Below are positions 47,668-57,126 of a DNA stretch of 64,000 nt, one piece after another. How positions within the stretch are numbered: the first letter of the stretch is position 1; each line of letters opens with the position of its first letter. This DNA is from Clostridiales bacterium. Lineage in GTDB: Bacteria > Bacillota > Clostridia > Monoglobales > JAIRYP01. A model generated the notes under the pieces. The model made no database searches. It had not been told where the DNA came from and saw nothing but the letters and a program-made list of their open reading frames with translations. The translations under genes and the position numbers were made by a program. The stretch spans positions 128,761 through 192,760 of the forward strand of contig JAIRYP010000011.1 in assembly GCA_031267755.1 (NCBI GenBank), in the 5' to 3' direction.

Positions 47668-49122
47668 TTAACAACATTTTAACTCATTTTTATTAAAATT
47701 GTTCCTGATTTCTAAAATTATATTTCTAGTTGTAAAAAGAGCAGTGTAATTAACCAAAATATAACAAACTTCAGCTCTTGATTTAAAACTTTCACATATT
47801 GTTTGTTTAATATCTTCACTAAAATAATCAACTGCAATTTCTGAATACTTAAAACGAAGTGCAACATCATAAAATCTTGAGCCTGCAACACCAATAAAAC
47901 ATATCTTATCGTTATTTAATTTTTCAAAATCAACATCCCAAATCCACGATACATCTTTTCCATCATTCACATTGTCATTAATCACAATAATTATGCTTTT
48001 AAACTCTTCTTTTTTTAAAATTGTATGTATCGCTTGATTAAATCCTGCAGGATTCTTAGACAAATTAAGAAACACTCTCATATTATTTAAACCAATTTCT
48101 TCCATTCTGCCAAGTTGAAAAGGATAATGAACTTTTAAAAAATCAACTTGAATTCCACAAACGCTGATCGCCGAAAGGGCAGCAAGCACATTATAAATAT
48201 CATATATTCCCCATCTTAAAAACTTCACAACTTTCTCATTTATTTTAAAACTTTCTCCAAAAACTATATCTTTCGCAGCAAAATCAATTTCAGGACATTT
48301 ATACCCACAATTTTCACAAAAATATTTTCCAAGCTGACCATAGTGATAATATTCGTAATACATTTTACTGCCACATAAAATACAAAATCTACCTTCACGA
48401 ACTTCATCCATATTATCTGAAATTTTTTCGTCAATTCCAAAATAATAAATATTTTCTTTCTTTTTAAAAGAATATTCTTTTGAATAAAAAACATGTTTGC
48501 TTTCTGTATCCATTTCACTTAAATTAATGTTCTCATCAGTTTTTTCTATCACAAATTTTTCAAGTCCAAATTCAGCAATTAATGGATCATCAGCATTCAA
48601 CACAAGTTTTGAATTTTTAACCTTCTTTAAAGCATTTTCAATTAACTTAATCGCACTATCTATTTCTCCATATCTATCAAGTTGATCTCTAAACAAATTT
48701 GTAATTACTACAACATGTGGAGTTAAAAAATCAAAAATTTTAGTTACATACGCCTCATCAATTTCAAAACATGCATAATCGGCCGAAAGTTTTCCAAAAA
48801 TATTAGTTTTTTCAATTAATGATGTAACAATACCACTTGGCATATTTGCACCAAACTTATTGCACACAACGATAGTTTTTTCACAATTATCAATTCTATA
48901 ATTTTCAATAAAACTGCATAAAATATTGTTAACTGTGGTTTTGCCATTAGTACCGCACACAACAATTATCTCTTTTTTTATAAATTTAGATAAAATTCTT
49001 ATAATATTTGGACAAATCTTGAGTGCGAGAACACCAGGCATAGACGTTGTTTTTTTATTTAAAATTTTTCCTATAAAAATCACAGATTTAGCTATCCAAA
49101 TTGCAAACAATTTTCTAAGCAA
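47668..49122 (-). CDS. murT: lipid II isoglutaminyl synthase, Mur-ligase-like subunit MurT
   Basis: 484 aa with the Mur ligase P-loop VCGTNGKTTV, a Cys4 ribbon (CILCGSKM...CENCGYKC) and a DUF1727-like C-terminus. It is paired with gatD. Confidence 0.88.
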   Translation of the reverse strand: MLRKLFAIWIAKSVIFIGKILNKKTTSMPGVLALKICPNIIRILSKFIKKEIIVVCGTNGKTTVNNILCSFIENYRIDNCEKTIVVCNKFGANMPSGIVTSLIEKTNIFGKLSADYACFEIDEAYVTKIFDFLTPHVVVITNLFRDQLDRYGEIDSAIKLIENALKKVKNSKLVLNADDPLIAEFGLEKFVIEKTDENINLSEMDTESKHVFYSKEYSFKKKENIYYFGIDEKISDNMDEVREGRFCILCGSKMYYEYYHYGQLGKYFCENCGYKCPEIDFAAKDIVFGESFKINEKVVKFLRWGIYDIYNVLAALSAISVCGIQVDFLKVHYPFQLGRMEEIGLNNMRVFLNLSKNPAGFNQAIHTILKKEEFKSIIIVINDNVNDGKDVSWIWDVDFEKLNNDKICFIGVAGSRFYDVALRFKYSEIAVDYFSEDIKQTICESFKSRAEVCYILVNYTALFTTRNIILEIRNNFNKNELKCC

Positions 49123-49256
49123 ATCTTTTTACAACCTCCACAACTTCTCTAGATTCTCTTTAATTTTTCAAACTATTCATTACCAAGTTATATTTTTAAT
49201 ATCACTAATTTAAAACACATAATTCGTACCTTAAATTAATTTTATTACATTAAAAT

Positions 49257-51233
49257 TTACGTAATTATTGCACCGCTTTGAATATCATCCAAAACCGTAG
49301 TCAATGACACTTTATTTCCAATAGATGCTGATAAAATCATTCCATTGGATTCGAATCCCATTATTTCAACTGATTTTAAATTTGCAATAAATAAAATATT
49401 TTTTCCAATAAGCTCTTTTGGGGAATAATATTTTAAAATTCCAGATAAAATTTGTCTCTTTTTATCTCCACACTCAATTATAAACTTCAAAAGTTTTGAA
49501 GACCTTGGAACTTTCTCGCACTCCAAAATTTTCCCAACCCTAATATCTAACTTTTCAAAATCCCTAATATCAACACTCTGTTTATATGTTACTTTGTCTT
49601 CGCAATTAATTTTATTTTCTACATTTTTTTTAATATTTCCAACTACTTTATTATCATTTTCAATTTCTAAATAAATTTCTCTTAATTTTTCTTTTGCGTC
49701 AATTCTTTTAAATAAAACTTCCCCGCCTGTAAGATTAAAAACTTCAACATTACCAAACTTTTCTATGCTTTCAAAAGTAATTTCAACCCCCAAAATTTTA
49801 GAAATTTTTTCTGAAGTCCTTGGCATAAACGAAGAAATGAAAAAAGCGACAAAACGTATACTCTCAAGTAAATTATAAATAATCTCTCGCAATCGATTCA
49901 TTGAATTTTTATCATTCGCCAAATTCCACGGAGTAGTTTCATCAATATATTTATTTATTCGATTTATAAACTTCCAAATTTCTTTAAGTGAACTAGATAT
50001 TTTATAATCATTTACAAAATTAATAACATTTTTTAAGCAATTGCTACATGCACTTTTTAAATCATCATCAACTAAATTACTACAATAAATCTCTTTAACG
50101 TTATTAACAATACCGCTAAAATATTTATTTGTCATAGCAACAACACGACTTACCAAATTTCCCAAAGAATTTGCAAGATCAGAATTATATTTGCTTATCA
50201 CAGTCTCAAAACTAATTGAACCATCTGCCAAATAAGGCATTTCACTCATTACAATGTATCTCACGGCATCAGTTCCAAAATGTTTTACTAAAAAATCAGT
50301 ATATATAACATTTCCAACAGTTTTACTCATTTTATCGCTATTAACTAAAAGCCATGGATGCGCAAAAATCTTTTTAGGCAGAGGCTCATCAAGCGCCATA
50401 AGCATAATTGGCCAATAAACAGAATGAAATCTAAGTATATCCTTGCCGATAATATGCACATCCGCCGGCCAATATTTTTCATATTCAACATTTTTTTCAC
50501 CTGGCGAATAACCAAGCGCCGTTATATAATTCGATAATGCATCAATCCAAACATAAACAACATGTTTCGGATCAAAACTAACCGGAATTCCCCAATTAAA
50601 ACTTGTTCTCGAAACACATAAATCCTGAAGACCAACTTCTAAAAAATTATTCATAATCTCTTTTTTCCTAGACAATGGTTGAATAAAATCAACATTCTCC
50701 TCAAAAAAATTCAAAAGTTTATCTTGATATTTCTTCATATTAAAAAAATATGCTTCCTCTTCTTGCTGTTCAACATTTCTTCCGCAATCAGGACACCTAT
50801 TAACATTTACAACCTGTGTTTGAGTCCAAAAAGATTCACACGAAACGCAATACCACCCAACATACATGCCCTTATATATATCACCTTGATTATAAAGCTT
50901 TTCAAAAATTTTCTGAACAGATTTAACATGCTGAACATCAGTCGTTCTTATGAATCTATCATATTTTATATCAACCATATCAAAAATCTTTTTTATTTCA
51001 CTCGAAATCTCATCAACATTTTGTTTTGGAGTTATGTTTTTTGAAAGCGCAACTTCTTGTATTTTTTGCCCATGCTCGTCCGTTCCCGTGAGAAAAAAAA
51101 CATCATAACCAAGATACCTCTTAAATCTTGCTATGGAATCAGTTAAAATTATTTCATAAACATTTCCAATGTGTGGTTTTCCCGAAGCATAAGCAATTGC
51201 ACTTGTTATATAGAATTTCTTTTTGAATGTCAT
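49257..51233 (-). CDS. metG: methionine--tRNA ligase (with C-terminal tRNA-binding domain)
   Basis: 658 aa with a HIGH-type motif (GKPHIGNVYE), KMSKT, a zinc knuckle (CVSCESFW...CPDCG) and a C-terminal EMAP-like domain (LDIRVGKILECEKV). Confidence 0.97.
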   Translation of the reverse strand: MTFKKKFYITSAIAYASGKPHIGNVYEIILTDSIARFKRYLGYDVFFLTGTDEHGQKIQEVALSKNITPKQNVDEISSEIKKIFDMVDIKYDRFIRTTDVQHVKSVQKIFEKLYNQGDIYKGMYVGWYCVSCESFWTQTQVVNVNRCPDCGRNVEQQEEEAYFFNMKKYQDKLLNFFEENVDFIQPLSRKKEIMNNFLEVGLQDLCVSRTSFNWGIPVSFDPKHVVYVWIDALSNYITALGYSPGEKNVEYEKYWPADVHIIGKDILRFHSVYWPIMLMALDEPLPKKIFAHPWLLVNSDKMSKTVGNVIYTDFLVKHFGTDAVRYIVMSEMPYLADGSISFETVISKYNSDLANSLGNLVSRVVAMTNKYFSGIVNNVKEIYCSNLVDDDLKSACSNCLKNVINFVNDYKISSSLKEIWKFINRINKYIDETTPWNLANDKNSMNRLREIIYNLLESIRFVAFFISSFMPRTSEKISKILGVEITFESIEKFGNVEVFNLTGGEVLFKRIDAKEKLREIYLEIENDNKVVGNIKKNVENKINCEDKVTYKQSVDIRDFEKLDIRVGKILECEKVPRSSKLLKFIIECGDKKRQILSGILKYYSPKELIGKNILFIANLKSVEIMGFESNGMILSASIGNKVSLTTVLDDIQSGAIIT

Positions 51234-51425
51234 AATTAAATAATTCCTTAATTTTTTAAATTTTTGCTAACCATATTTTCTTAAACTTAATTAAAATATT
51301 AAAAAATGAAATTATTAGTAAATCAAAAATTTTTTTATTTTAAATTTTTTAAAATTTATTCATATCGTAATTTTTTCGCCATAATAACTTTTAAACATTT
51401 ATGAAACAATTACTTTTCTTTTTAA

Positions 51426-52184
51426 TTAATCATCAAAATTAACAAAACTTAAAAATTTTTTCGTTCTTTCTTCTTTTGGATTTTGAAATATACTATCTGG
51501 CGAACCTTCTTCAATTATGCGTCCACCATCCATAAATAATATACGATTTGCAACATCTCGTGCAAATCTCATCTCATGAGTTACTATAATAATAGTCATA
51601 CTAGAAAGAGCAAGTTCTTTTATAACCTCCAAAACTTCTACAACCATTTCAGGATCAAGAGCACTTGTCGGTTCATCAAAAAGCATAACTCCAGGATTCA
51701 TCGCAAGCGCCCTAGCAATTGCAACACGCTGCTGCTGACCGCCCGAAAGCTGTTTAGGATAGCTATCTGCTTTATCAGCAAGCCCAACTCTTTTCAAAAG
51801 CTCATAAGCTTTACTTTCAGCCTCTTCTTTAGACATAATTTTTAAATCTACTGGCGCAAGCATTATATTTTTTTTCACTGTAATATGAGGAAACAAATTG
51901 AATTGTTGGAAAACCATTCCAATATTTCTTCGCAATTTATCAATATTTTTGTCTTTTTTAAGCTCATTTTTATCAATAAAAACTTCACCACTATCTGGCT
52001 GTTCAAGTAAATTTAAACATCTTAAAAAAGTAGATTTTCCAGATCCAGACGGACCTATAATACCAACTACTTCTCCCTCAGTAACATCAAGACTAATTCC
52101 CTTTAAAATTTTCAAATCCCCAAAACTTTTATATAAATTTTTAACACTGACTTTTATTAACACGATTATAATTCCTTTCCGCAA
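51426..52184 (-). CDS. polar amino acid ABC transporter ATP-binding protein (GlnQ-like)
   Basis: Walker [10 protein letters not shown], signature [15 protein letters not shown] and Walker [12 protein letters not shown]. The track start is a TTG that overlaps the permease gene. A GTG at 52163 ([15 protein letters not shown]) is a likelier start. Confidence 0.9.
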   Translation of the reverse strand: MRKGIIIVLIKVSVKNLYKSFGDLKILKGISLDVTEGEVVGIIGPSGSGKSTFLRCLNLLEQPDSGEVFIDKNELKKDKNIDKLRRNIGMVFQQFNLFPHITVKKNIMLAPVDLKIMSKEEAESKAYELLKRVGLADKADSYPKQLSGGQQQRVAIARALAMNPGVMLFDEPTSALDPEMVVEVLEVIKELALSSMTIIIVTHEMRFARDVANRILFMDGGRIIEEGSPDSIFQNPKEERTKKFLSFVNFDD

Positions 52185-52836
52185 CCATCGAAATCTGAGT
52201 TAAAATAGTTACAATGATTAAATAAAAAATCGCAACAACCGTCCAAGTAGAAAACGATTCCATCGTCCTACCAATATAAATTTTTGCCTCATAAATAATT
52301 TCTCCAAGACTTATCACTGAAACAATTGATGTATCTTTTAAACTTATTATAAACTGATTTACAAGTGAAGGAATTGAAATTCTTATTGCTTGAGGAAGAA
52401 CAACTCGTATCAAAGAGCGCCACTTTGAAAACCCAAGACTACGAGCCGCCTCCGTTTGACCAACATCGACCGCCAAAACTCCTCCACGAAAAATTTCCGA
52501 AATGTATGCGCCCGCATTAAGCCCAAGTGTAATAATTGAAGCAGTAAAAACTGATATCCTAAAGTTTATTCCAAAATGTTGAATAAGCTGTGGAATAGCA
52601 AAATAAATATAAAATACCTGAACTATAAGTGGAGTTCCACGTATTATCCAAACATAAACATCAGACAAAAAAGAAAAAATTTTAATACACGATAAATGTG
52701 CTAAGCATGATAATAAACCCAAAAATATTGCAATAATAAGAGCTATAAAAGTTGTTTGCATCGTAATACCAAAACCCTTCAATAAAAAAGGAAAAGCTTC
52801 ATTCAAAACTTTAATTATATTCATAAACTTCTCCAA
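52141..52836 (-). CDS. polar amino acid ABC transporter permease
   Basis: 231 aa, multi-TM, with the EAA loop [24 protein letters not shown]. The start may be the internal Met at 52824. Confidence 0.88.
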   Translation of the reverse strand: MEKFMNIIKVLNEAFPFLLKGFGITMQTTFIALIIAIFLGLLSCLAHLSCIKIFSFLSDVYVWIIRGTPLIVQVFYIYFAIPQLIQHFGINFRISVFTASIITLGLNAGAYISEIFRGGVLAVDVGQTEAARSLGFSKWRSLIRVVLPQAIRISIPSLVNQFIISLKDTSIVSVISLGEIIYEAKIYIGRTMESFSTWTVVAIFYLIIVTILTQISMVAERNYNRVNKSQC

Positions 52837-53608
52837 ACCTTTTTACATATTTATTTATAATTCGTTCATATTCCCCGTTTTGAATGATGTTATCAAGACC
52901 ATTATTAAACATATTTAAAAGCTCCTGATTTTTCTCCTTAAGCACTACAAAACCATAACAAAATTCGGAATTAGAACTTAAAACAATTTTAAGTCCATTA
53001 TTCTGTGAAATTCCATATTCAAGAACTGTTTGATCTTCAAAACACGCAACAGAATTTCCAGTTTTTATCTCATCATACATAATAGGAGTTTCATCAAAAT
53101 AATTTGTCGTAAATCCAATCTTATCTTTCAACGATTCAGCAAATAATGCAGCCTGAGTTCCGGTTTTAAGAGCAATCTTTTTTCCCCTTAAATCTTCAAA
53201 AGTTTTTATCCCATTTTCTTCTTTTTTTACTGCAACGCAAACATTCGTTTTATAATAACCCTTAGAAAAATCATACTTAATTCTTCTTTCATCAGTTATT
53301 ATTACACCAGCCATCATTCCATCCGCTTGGCTTGACTCAAGCGCAGTAATCGCACTATTAAAACCAAGGCCTTTAAATTTATATTTAAATTTTTGATCCT
53401 TTGCTATCTCTTCGAAAATCTCAATGTCAATTCCCACATCTTTACCCTTGGCATTTTTAAACTCGAAAGGCGCATAATCAATATCTGTTGCAATTACAAA
53501 TATCTTTTCTCTTGTGTTAACGTTTTCGCATCCTGCGAACAATAACGCTACTCCACAAAACAAAATTGCAAGATGCAATTTTATTTTTATTTTTCCCAAA
53601 CTTAACAC
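52811..53608 (-). CDS. polar amino acid ABC transporter substrate-binding lipoprotein
   Basis: 265 aa with the lipobox LLFAGC and a family-3 SBP pattern (DYAPFEF, GLGFNSAITALESSQADGMMAGV). Confidence 0.85.
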   Translation of the reverse strand: MLSLGKIKIKLHLAILFCGVALLFAGCENVNTREKIFVIATDIDYAPFEFKNAKGKDVGIDIEIFEEIAKDQKFKYKFKGLGFNSAITALESSQADGMMAGVIITDERRIKYDFSKGYYKTNVCVAVKKEENGIKTFEDLRGKKIALKTGTQAALFAESLKDKIGFTTNYFDETPIMYDEIKTGNSVACFEDQTVLEYGISQNNGLKIVLSSNSEFCYGFVVLKEKNQELLNMFNNGLDNIIQNGEYERIINKYVKRFGEVYEYN

Positions 53609-53659
53609 CTCAAAAACACATAAAATAATATTTTAGATATCAAAATTTCAAAAACAATA

Positions 53660-54484
53660 TTAATAAACTCCAACTACATTATCTGCCTCTACTAAATCTC
53701 CATAAATTGGATACAAGGTTTTTTCGTAATCTTCATAAAAAAATTTTTCTTCTCTAAGTTTTTTTATTTCATCGTCCAACCAACTTAATAGATCGTGATC
53801 GCTTTTTCTTACAGCTGGAGCGATAAAACTTTCGCTTCCAAATGAGTCAACAGAAACCGAAAAATCATCATTCCCATTAACCCATGCGTATAGTATGGTG
53901 TTATCGTGTGACATTGCATCCCCTCTTCCATTGGCTAAAGCATTAAAGGCTTCAGTATTTTGATCAAATTTTAAAAGTTTTATTTCCGGGTGATTTGTTG
54001 CAAAAAATACTTCGGCTGTTGTACCTTTATTTACAATCAATGTTTTTCCATTTAATTCTTCAATATTTGAAATTGGAAATTTTTTTGGAGAAGCAATGCC
54101 TAAACGAACTTTCATATATGGTTTACTAAAATTAACAACCTTTTCTCTATCTTTAGTAATTGTAAAATTGGCAAGAGTTACATCAACCTTTCCGGACAAA
54201 AGATAACTAACGCGATTTGCAGCTTCCATTGGTACAAACTCAAGTTTACTTTCATCGCCCAATAAGTCTTTAGCAATTCTTTTAGCCAAAAAAACATCAT
54301 ACCCTTGATTTTCACCATTCGTATCAATATAACCAAAAGGAAACTTATCTATAAAAACTCCGATCTTAATTTTACCACGTTCTTTTATTTCATCTAACAA
54401 ATTTTTCTCTGAACTGCAGCCAAAAATTGTTAGACCTAATAAAATAGCAGCGCAAAATAAAAATATTTTCTTAAACTTTTTCAT
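53660..54484 (-). CDS. polar amino acid ABC transporter substrate-binding lipoprotein (second system)
   Basis: 274 aa with the lipobox LTIFGC and a family-3 SBP pattern (FPFGYID, GKVDVTLANFTIT.DR). Confidence 0.85.
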   Translation of the reverse strand: MKKFKKIFLFCAAILLGLTIFGCSSEKNLLDEIKERGKIKIGVFIDKFPFGYIDTNGENQGYDVFLAKRIAKDLLGDESKLEFVPMEAANRVSYLLSGKVDVTLANFTITKDREKVVNFSKPYMKVRLGIASPKKFPISNIEELNGKTLIVNKGTTAEVFFATNHPEIKLLKFDQNTEAFNALANGRGDAMSHDNTILYAWVNGNDDFSVSVDSFGSESFIAPAVRKSDHDLLSWLDDEIKKLREEKFFYEDYEKTLYPIYGDLVEADNVVGVY

Positions 54485-54678
54485 AAAATTACTCCTTTAT
54501 TATTCTTCAAAATATTTAATAAAATCAAAAATAAATCTTCTTCATTATTTAAAATTTTTATTTTACGTAAATAATTTGTTCTCTTTCATAAAAAATCTTT
54601 TTAAAATTATGTATCCAAAAAATATAAACCATATCTTCATCATGTCAATAACTTTAAAATTATAATCTTTAAAATTTT

Positions 54679-55452
54679 TTAATCTGACTTTTCATTTTTA
54701 TGAGATTTAAATTCGAAAATATCCAAAAATCTTTTTGCTTTTTCAGTCTCAGGATTATTAAAAAAATTTGAATTATTTTCTAAAATTTCTCCATCATCCA
54801 AAAATAAAACACGATCATTTATAGCTTTTGCAAACGGCATTTCATGAGTCACAATAATCATTGTGGTACCCTTTTCAGCAAGTTCAAAAATAAGTTCCAA
54901 AACCTCTCTGCTCATTTCAGGATCAAGTGAAGCTGTAACTTCATCAAACAAAAGTATTTCAGGTTCCATAATAAGCGCTCTAGCTATTGCAACTCTTTGT
55001 TTCTGGCCGCCAGACAACTGATGAGGAAAAAAATCACCTCGATTCAATAAACCAACACGCTCCAAGAGTTTCCTTGAATTTTCAAGTACTTCACTTTTGT
55101 TTTTTTTCTGAACTAAAATAGGACCTAAACTAATATTTTCAAAAACATTCATGTGCGGAAATAAATCATAATTCTGAAAAACCATTCCAATTTTTTGACG
55201 CACAAGCTCCCATTTTGTTTTAGAAGTTGTAATAACCTCGCCATTAAATTTAATTGTTCCTGATTCAATGTTTTCAAAACCATTTATACATCTTAAGATT
55301 GTGCTTTTTCCTGAACCGCTTGGTCCTAAAATAACTAAAACTTCACCTTTGTGAATATCAAAAGATATATTCTTAAGTATATGCAACCCATTAAAACTTT
55401 TATGCAAATTAAAAATCTCTAATATAATTTTTTTACACATTAAAAATCTCAC
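54679..55452 (-). CDS. polar amino acid ABC transporter ATP-binding protein (second system)
   Basis: 257 aa with [24 protein letters not shown] and LLFDEVTASLD. Confidence 0.9.
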   Translation of the reverse strand: MRFLMCKKIILEIFNLHKSFNGLHILKNISFDIHKGEVLVILGPSGSGKSTILRCINGFENIESGTIKFNGEVITTSKTKWELVRQKIGMVFQNYDLFPHMNVFENISLGPILVQKKNKSEVLENSRKLLERVGLLNRGDFFPHQLSGGQKQRVAIARALIMEPEILLFDEVTASLDPEMSREVLELIFELAEKGTTMIIVTHEMPFAKAINDRVLFLDDGEILENNSNFFNNPETEKAKRFLDIFEFKSHKNEKSD

Positions 55453-55529
55453 TTCTTAACTTCTTTTATATTAAACATATGCCATAGATAATAAAAACAT
55501 TTTTAAATTATTTTCAAAAAATTCTAAAA

Positions 55530-56213
55530 TTAAATTTTAAACTTATTTTCAAAAAATTTTGCAAAACAAGACACTGTTTGACATGCTACAAAAAAAAGAG
55601 CAAATATAAATCCATATACAAAAAATGGTGCTTTTGGATTTTTAAATACATTGTATTCTATAATCTGTTGACCAACTTTCAAAACCTCTATAACACCAAT
55701 CAAAGTAACAATAGAAGTTGTTTTTATCATTCTAACAATTAAATTAATTGCATTTGGTAAAACCATTCTCATAATCTGAGGCATTATTATTTTTTTATAC
55801 AATTGTTTGTATGTAAAACCAATTGCGAGCCCGCTTTCATACTGATGTTTTGGCAACGCTTCCATACTGCTGAGTATAATATCAGAAAATTCAAAAGTTC
55901 CCCAAACGAAAAACACTATAATTGACACCGCCGTACCACTTAATCCTCCGTTTTTACCTGAAAGTTTAAAATAAAATAAAAAGAGCCAGGCAAAAATCGG
56001 AATTATTCTAACAATTTCGAGAAAAATTTTAAAAACAATGCGAAATATCTTTCTTTTAGAAACTATAAAACCAAACAAAATACCAAAAAATATGGATAAA
56101 AGAACAGAAACCAAAGATATATACAAATTAACACAAAATGCCCTAAGCAATCTTTTAAACCCTACGGCTTCTTGAACAAAAAAATCCAAAACTCCAATAC
56201 TTAAAATATTCAC
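55530..56213 (-). CDS. polar amino acid ABC transporter permease (second system)
   Basis: 227 aa, multi-TM, with the EAA-like loop QYESGLAIGFTYKQLYKKIIMPQ. Confidence 0.85.
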   Translation of the reverse strand: MNILSIGVLDFFVQEAVGFKRLLRAFCVNLYISLVSVLLSIFFGILFGFIVSKRKIFRIVFKIFLEIVRIIPIFAWLFLFYFKLSGKNGGLSGTAVSIIVFFVWGTFEFSDIILSSMEALPKHQYESGLAIGFTYKQLYKKIIMPQIMRMVLPNAINLIVRMIKTTSIVTLIGVIEVLKVGQQIIEYNVFKNPKAPFFVYGFIFALFFVACQTVSCFAKFFENKFKI

Positions 56214-56324
56214 ATTCTTTCTTGCCTCCCAAAAAATTATACTAGAAAAACAAAAAATATTTATAATTTAAATAATTAATATTTCCTCTGTAAACAAAAA
56301 TTATATGATTTTAATTTCAAATAA

Positions 56325-57029
56325 TCAAAATAAAATTTTATTATCTATGTATTTAATTTTTTCTTTCAAAAACGTAAACAACAAAACAAATGGCAAAATA
56401 ATTACAACATACGAAACAATAAGCATAAACAACGCTTCATTTGTACAATAATACATGCCAATTACATCTTTTGTTACAAACATGACATCAGCAAGTGCCA
56501 CAATACCTGCAACACTTGTCTCTTTAATTAAAAACACAATAACTCCAGCTATAAGCGGCATCGACAATACAATTGCTTGAGGCAAAATAATGTGGCAAAT
56601 TAATTGCCAATTGTTGAGACCAATGCTCAATCCAGATTCAATTTGAGTTTTTTTAATGGAATCAAACCCACCCTTAACGGCCTCACACATATAACTTCCA
56701 CCCAAAAACGAAAGACCAAACAACGCACAATTAAACGAACTAAGGCGCACCCCAAATAATGGTAAACTAAAATAAAGAAAAAATAATTGAATTGTAAGAG
56801 GTGTATTTCTTGAAATCTCTACATAAAATTTAATAATCCATGAAACTATTGGAATCTTCATATAACTTATTGCACTACAAACTATTCCCAAAAACAATGA
56901 AATCATAATAGCGCACAAAGAAAGTTTTAAAGTTAAAAAAATCGATTCTTTGTAAATGGGAATAAGTTTCATAATCAAAACAAAATCCATAAAAACCACC
57001 ACAAAAAACATAAAATTTAAATTAATCAA
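56325..57029 (-). CDS. polar amino acid ABC transporter permease (second system)
   Basis: 234 aa, multi-TM, with the EAA-like loop QIESGLSIGLNNWQLICHIILPQA. Confidence 0.85.
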   Translation of the reverse strand: MINLNFMFFVVVFMDFVLIMKLIPIYKESIFLTLKLSLCAIMISLFLGIVCSAISYMKIPIVSWIIKFYVEISRNTPLTIQLFFLYFSLPLFGVRLSSFNCALFGLSFLGGSYMCEAVKGGFDSIKKTQIESGLSIGLNNWQLICHIILPQAIVLSMPLIAGVIVFLIKETSVAGIVALADVMFVTKDVIGMYYCTNEALFMLIVSYVVIILPFVLLFTFLKEKIKYIDNKILF

Positions 57030-57126
57030 CGCTTTTAAAACTAATATTTTTCAAAATAATTTCGTTTTCGAACAACTTACTATTTTAGTTAATATCTTAT
57101 CACATTAATTATTAAATCATATCTTT

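Noticed and set aside
51234-51425. T-box leader upstream of metG (and similarly upstream of alaS at 11181-11347)
   Set aside because: Neither region contains the conserved T-box sequence (AA.GGGTGGTACCGCG-like), an AGAGA/GNUGGA-type specifier-domain motif or a terminator/antiterminator pair. Both are almost pure A/T.
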